A stretch of 697 bases of DNA from the NCBI RefSeq assembly GCF_003334335.1, contig NZ_QOWQ01000156.1. One strand, written 5' to 3'. Position 1 is the stretch's first letter; the number at the start of each line of letters is the position of its first letter. Position numbers and translations under genes: made by a program. Source of the DNA: Escherichia coli (GTDB taxonomy: Bacteria > Pseudomonadota > Gammaproteobacteria > Enterobacterales > Enterobacteriaceae). Below the pieces are notes generated by a model. The model made no database searches, was not told the origin of the DNA, and saw only the letters and a list, made by a program, of their open reading frames with translations. This document shows positions 1 through 697 of the stretch, piece by piece.

Positions 1-697
1 CTGGACCGGCTGGTACAGCAGGGCGGCTTTGACGGGCGGACGCAACGTTATCATTATGACCTGACCGGAAAACTCACGCAGAGTGAAGATGAGGGGCTTA
101 TCACCCTCTGGCACTACGATGCGTCGGACCGCATCACGCACCGGACGGTGAACGGCGACCCGGCAGAGCAGTGGCAGTATGATGAGCACGGGTGGTTAAC
201 CACCCTCAGCCATACCAGTGAAGGCCACCGCGTGTCGGTCCACTACGGCTATGACGATAAAGGCCGCCTGACCGGCGAACGCCAGACGGTGGAGAACCCG
301 GAGACGGGGGAACTGCTGTGGCACCATGAGACCGGACATGCGTACAACGAACAGGGGCTGGCAAACCGCGTCACGCCGGACAGTCTGCCGCCGGTGGAGT
401 GGCTGACCTACGGCAGCGGCTATCTTGCGGGCATGAAGCTGGGCGGGACGCCGCTGCTGGAGTTCACGCGCGACCGCCTGCACCGTGAGACGGTGCGCAG
501 CTTCGGCAGCATGGCAGGCAGTAATGCCGCATATAAACTGACCAGCACATACACCCCCGCAGGCCAGTTACAGAGCCAGCACCTGAACAGCCTGGTGTAT
601 GACCGTGACTACGGGTGGAATGACAACGGCGACCTGGTGCGCATCAGCGGCCCGCGACAGACGCGGGAATACGGCTACAGCGCCACGGGCAGGCTGG
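1..697 (+). CDS. rhs: Rhs-family YD-repeat core protein, internal fragment (5' and 3' partial; codon phase 0 from nt 1, last complete codon ends at 696)
   Basis: Seen in sequence: frame +1 is open across all 232 codons, while frame +2 hits TGA at nt 59-61. The translation carries repeated YD-repeat motifs: RYHYDLTGKL (aa 16-25), LWHYDASDRI (36-45), WQYDEHGWL (58-66), VHYGYDDKGRL (80-90), LVYDRDYGWNDNGDL (198-212), EYGYSATGRL (223-232). Third codon positions are G/C-biased. Established knowledge: this motif and spacing define the Rhs/YD-repeat shell, and the peptide matches my recollection of the E. coli Rhs core. Paralog (rhsA/B/C/D-like) not resolvable without alignment, so the symbol is generic. 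Confidence 0.93.
   Translation, partial: MDRLVQQGGFDGRTQRYHYDLTGKLTQSEDEGLITLWHYDASDRITHRTVNGDPAEQWQYDEHGWLTTLSHTSEGHRVSVHYGYDDKGRLTGERQTVENPETGELLWHHETGHAYNEQGLANRVTPDSLPPVEWLTYGSGYLAGMKLGGTPLLEFTRDRLHRETVRSFGSMAGSNAAYKLTSTYTPAGQLQSQHLNSLVYDRDYGWNDNGDLVRISGPRQTREYGYSATGRL

Noticed and set aside
59-275. Short recurring nucleotide strings (e.g. ctgaccgg at nt 59-66 and 268-275) as possible DNA-level direct repeats
   Set aside because: They coincide with codons for the recurring D/L-T-G part of the YD-repeat motif. They are too short and reflect protein-level periodicity, not a DNA repeat element.
196-483. 95-aa minus-strand ORF from the six-frame track (MQAVARELQQRRPAQLHARKIAAAVGQPLHRRQTVRRDAVCQPLFVVRMSGLMVPQQFPRLRVLHRLAFAGQAAFIVIAVVDRHAVAFTGMAEGG)
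   Set aside because: It lies wholly antisense to the well-supported Rhs reading frame. It is Arg/Ala/Gln-rich and low-complexity, as expected from reading a GC-rich gene backwards, and has no recognisable motif. Long antisense ORFs are common artefacts in GC-rich coding DNA.
433-513. In-frame ATG codons (Met145 at nt 433-435, Met171 at nt 511-513) as possible internal starts
   Set aside because: The frame is open continuously upstream of both with strong Rhs homology throughout, and there is no convincing purine-rich Shine-Dalgarno stretch just upstream of either. They are internal methionines.
1-697. Promoter, ribosome-binding site, terminator, tRNA/ncRNA, CRISPR repeats, IS/H-rpt (ISAs1-like) element ends, Chi site
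   Set aside because: The window is entirely coding on the + strand with no AT-rich intergenic stretch. No -35/-10-like spacing in a non-coding context, no GC-rich hairpin followed by a T-run, no regularly spaced direct repeats, no terminal inverted repeats, and no GCTGGTGG or its complement. H-rpt elements found with Rhs loci sit downstream of the core, not within it.

Overview
The whole 697-bp window is intragenic. It is one uninterrupted + strand reading frame (frame 1, 232 codons, no stop) that is open at both ends and encodes an internal piece of an Rhs-family YD-repeat core protein. The translation reads LDRLVQQGGFDGRTQRYHYDLTGKL...VHYGYDDKGRLTGE...LVYDRDYGWNDNGDLVRISGPRQTREYGYSATGRL, with the YxYDxxGRL-type motif recurring about every 20-25 residues. 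I recognise this as the conserved enterobacterial (E. coli-type) Rhs core but cannot tell which paralog from memory. No start, stop, promoter, ribosome-binding site, terminator, RNA gene, CRISPR array or mobile-element end is visible. The 95-aa minus-strand ORF in the supplied track is almost certainly an antisense artefact of the GC-rich coding sequence. Rhs proteins are polymorphic toxins, but the parts that would make a locus novel (C-terminal toxin tip, immunity gene, N-terminal delivery domain) lie outside this window, so nothing undescribed can be claimed from it.
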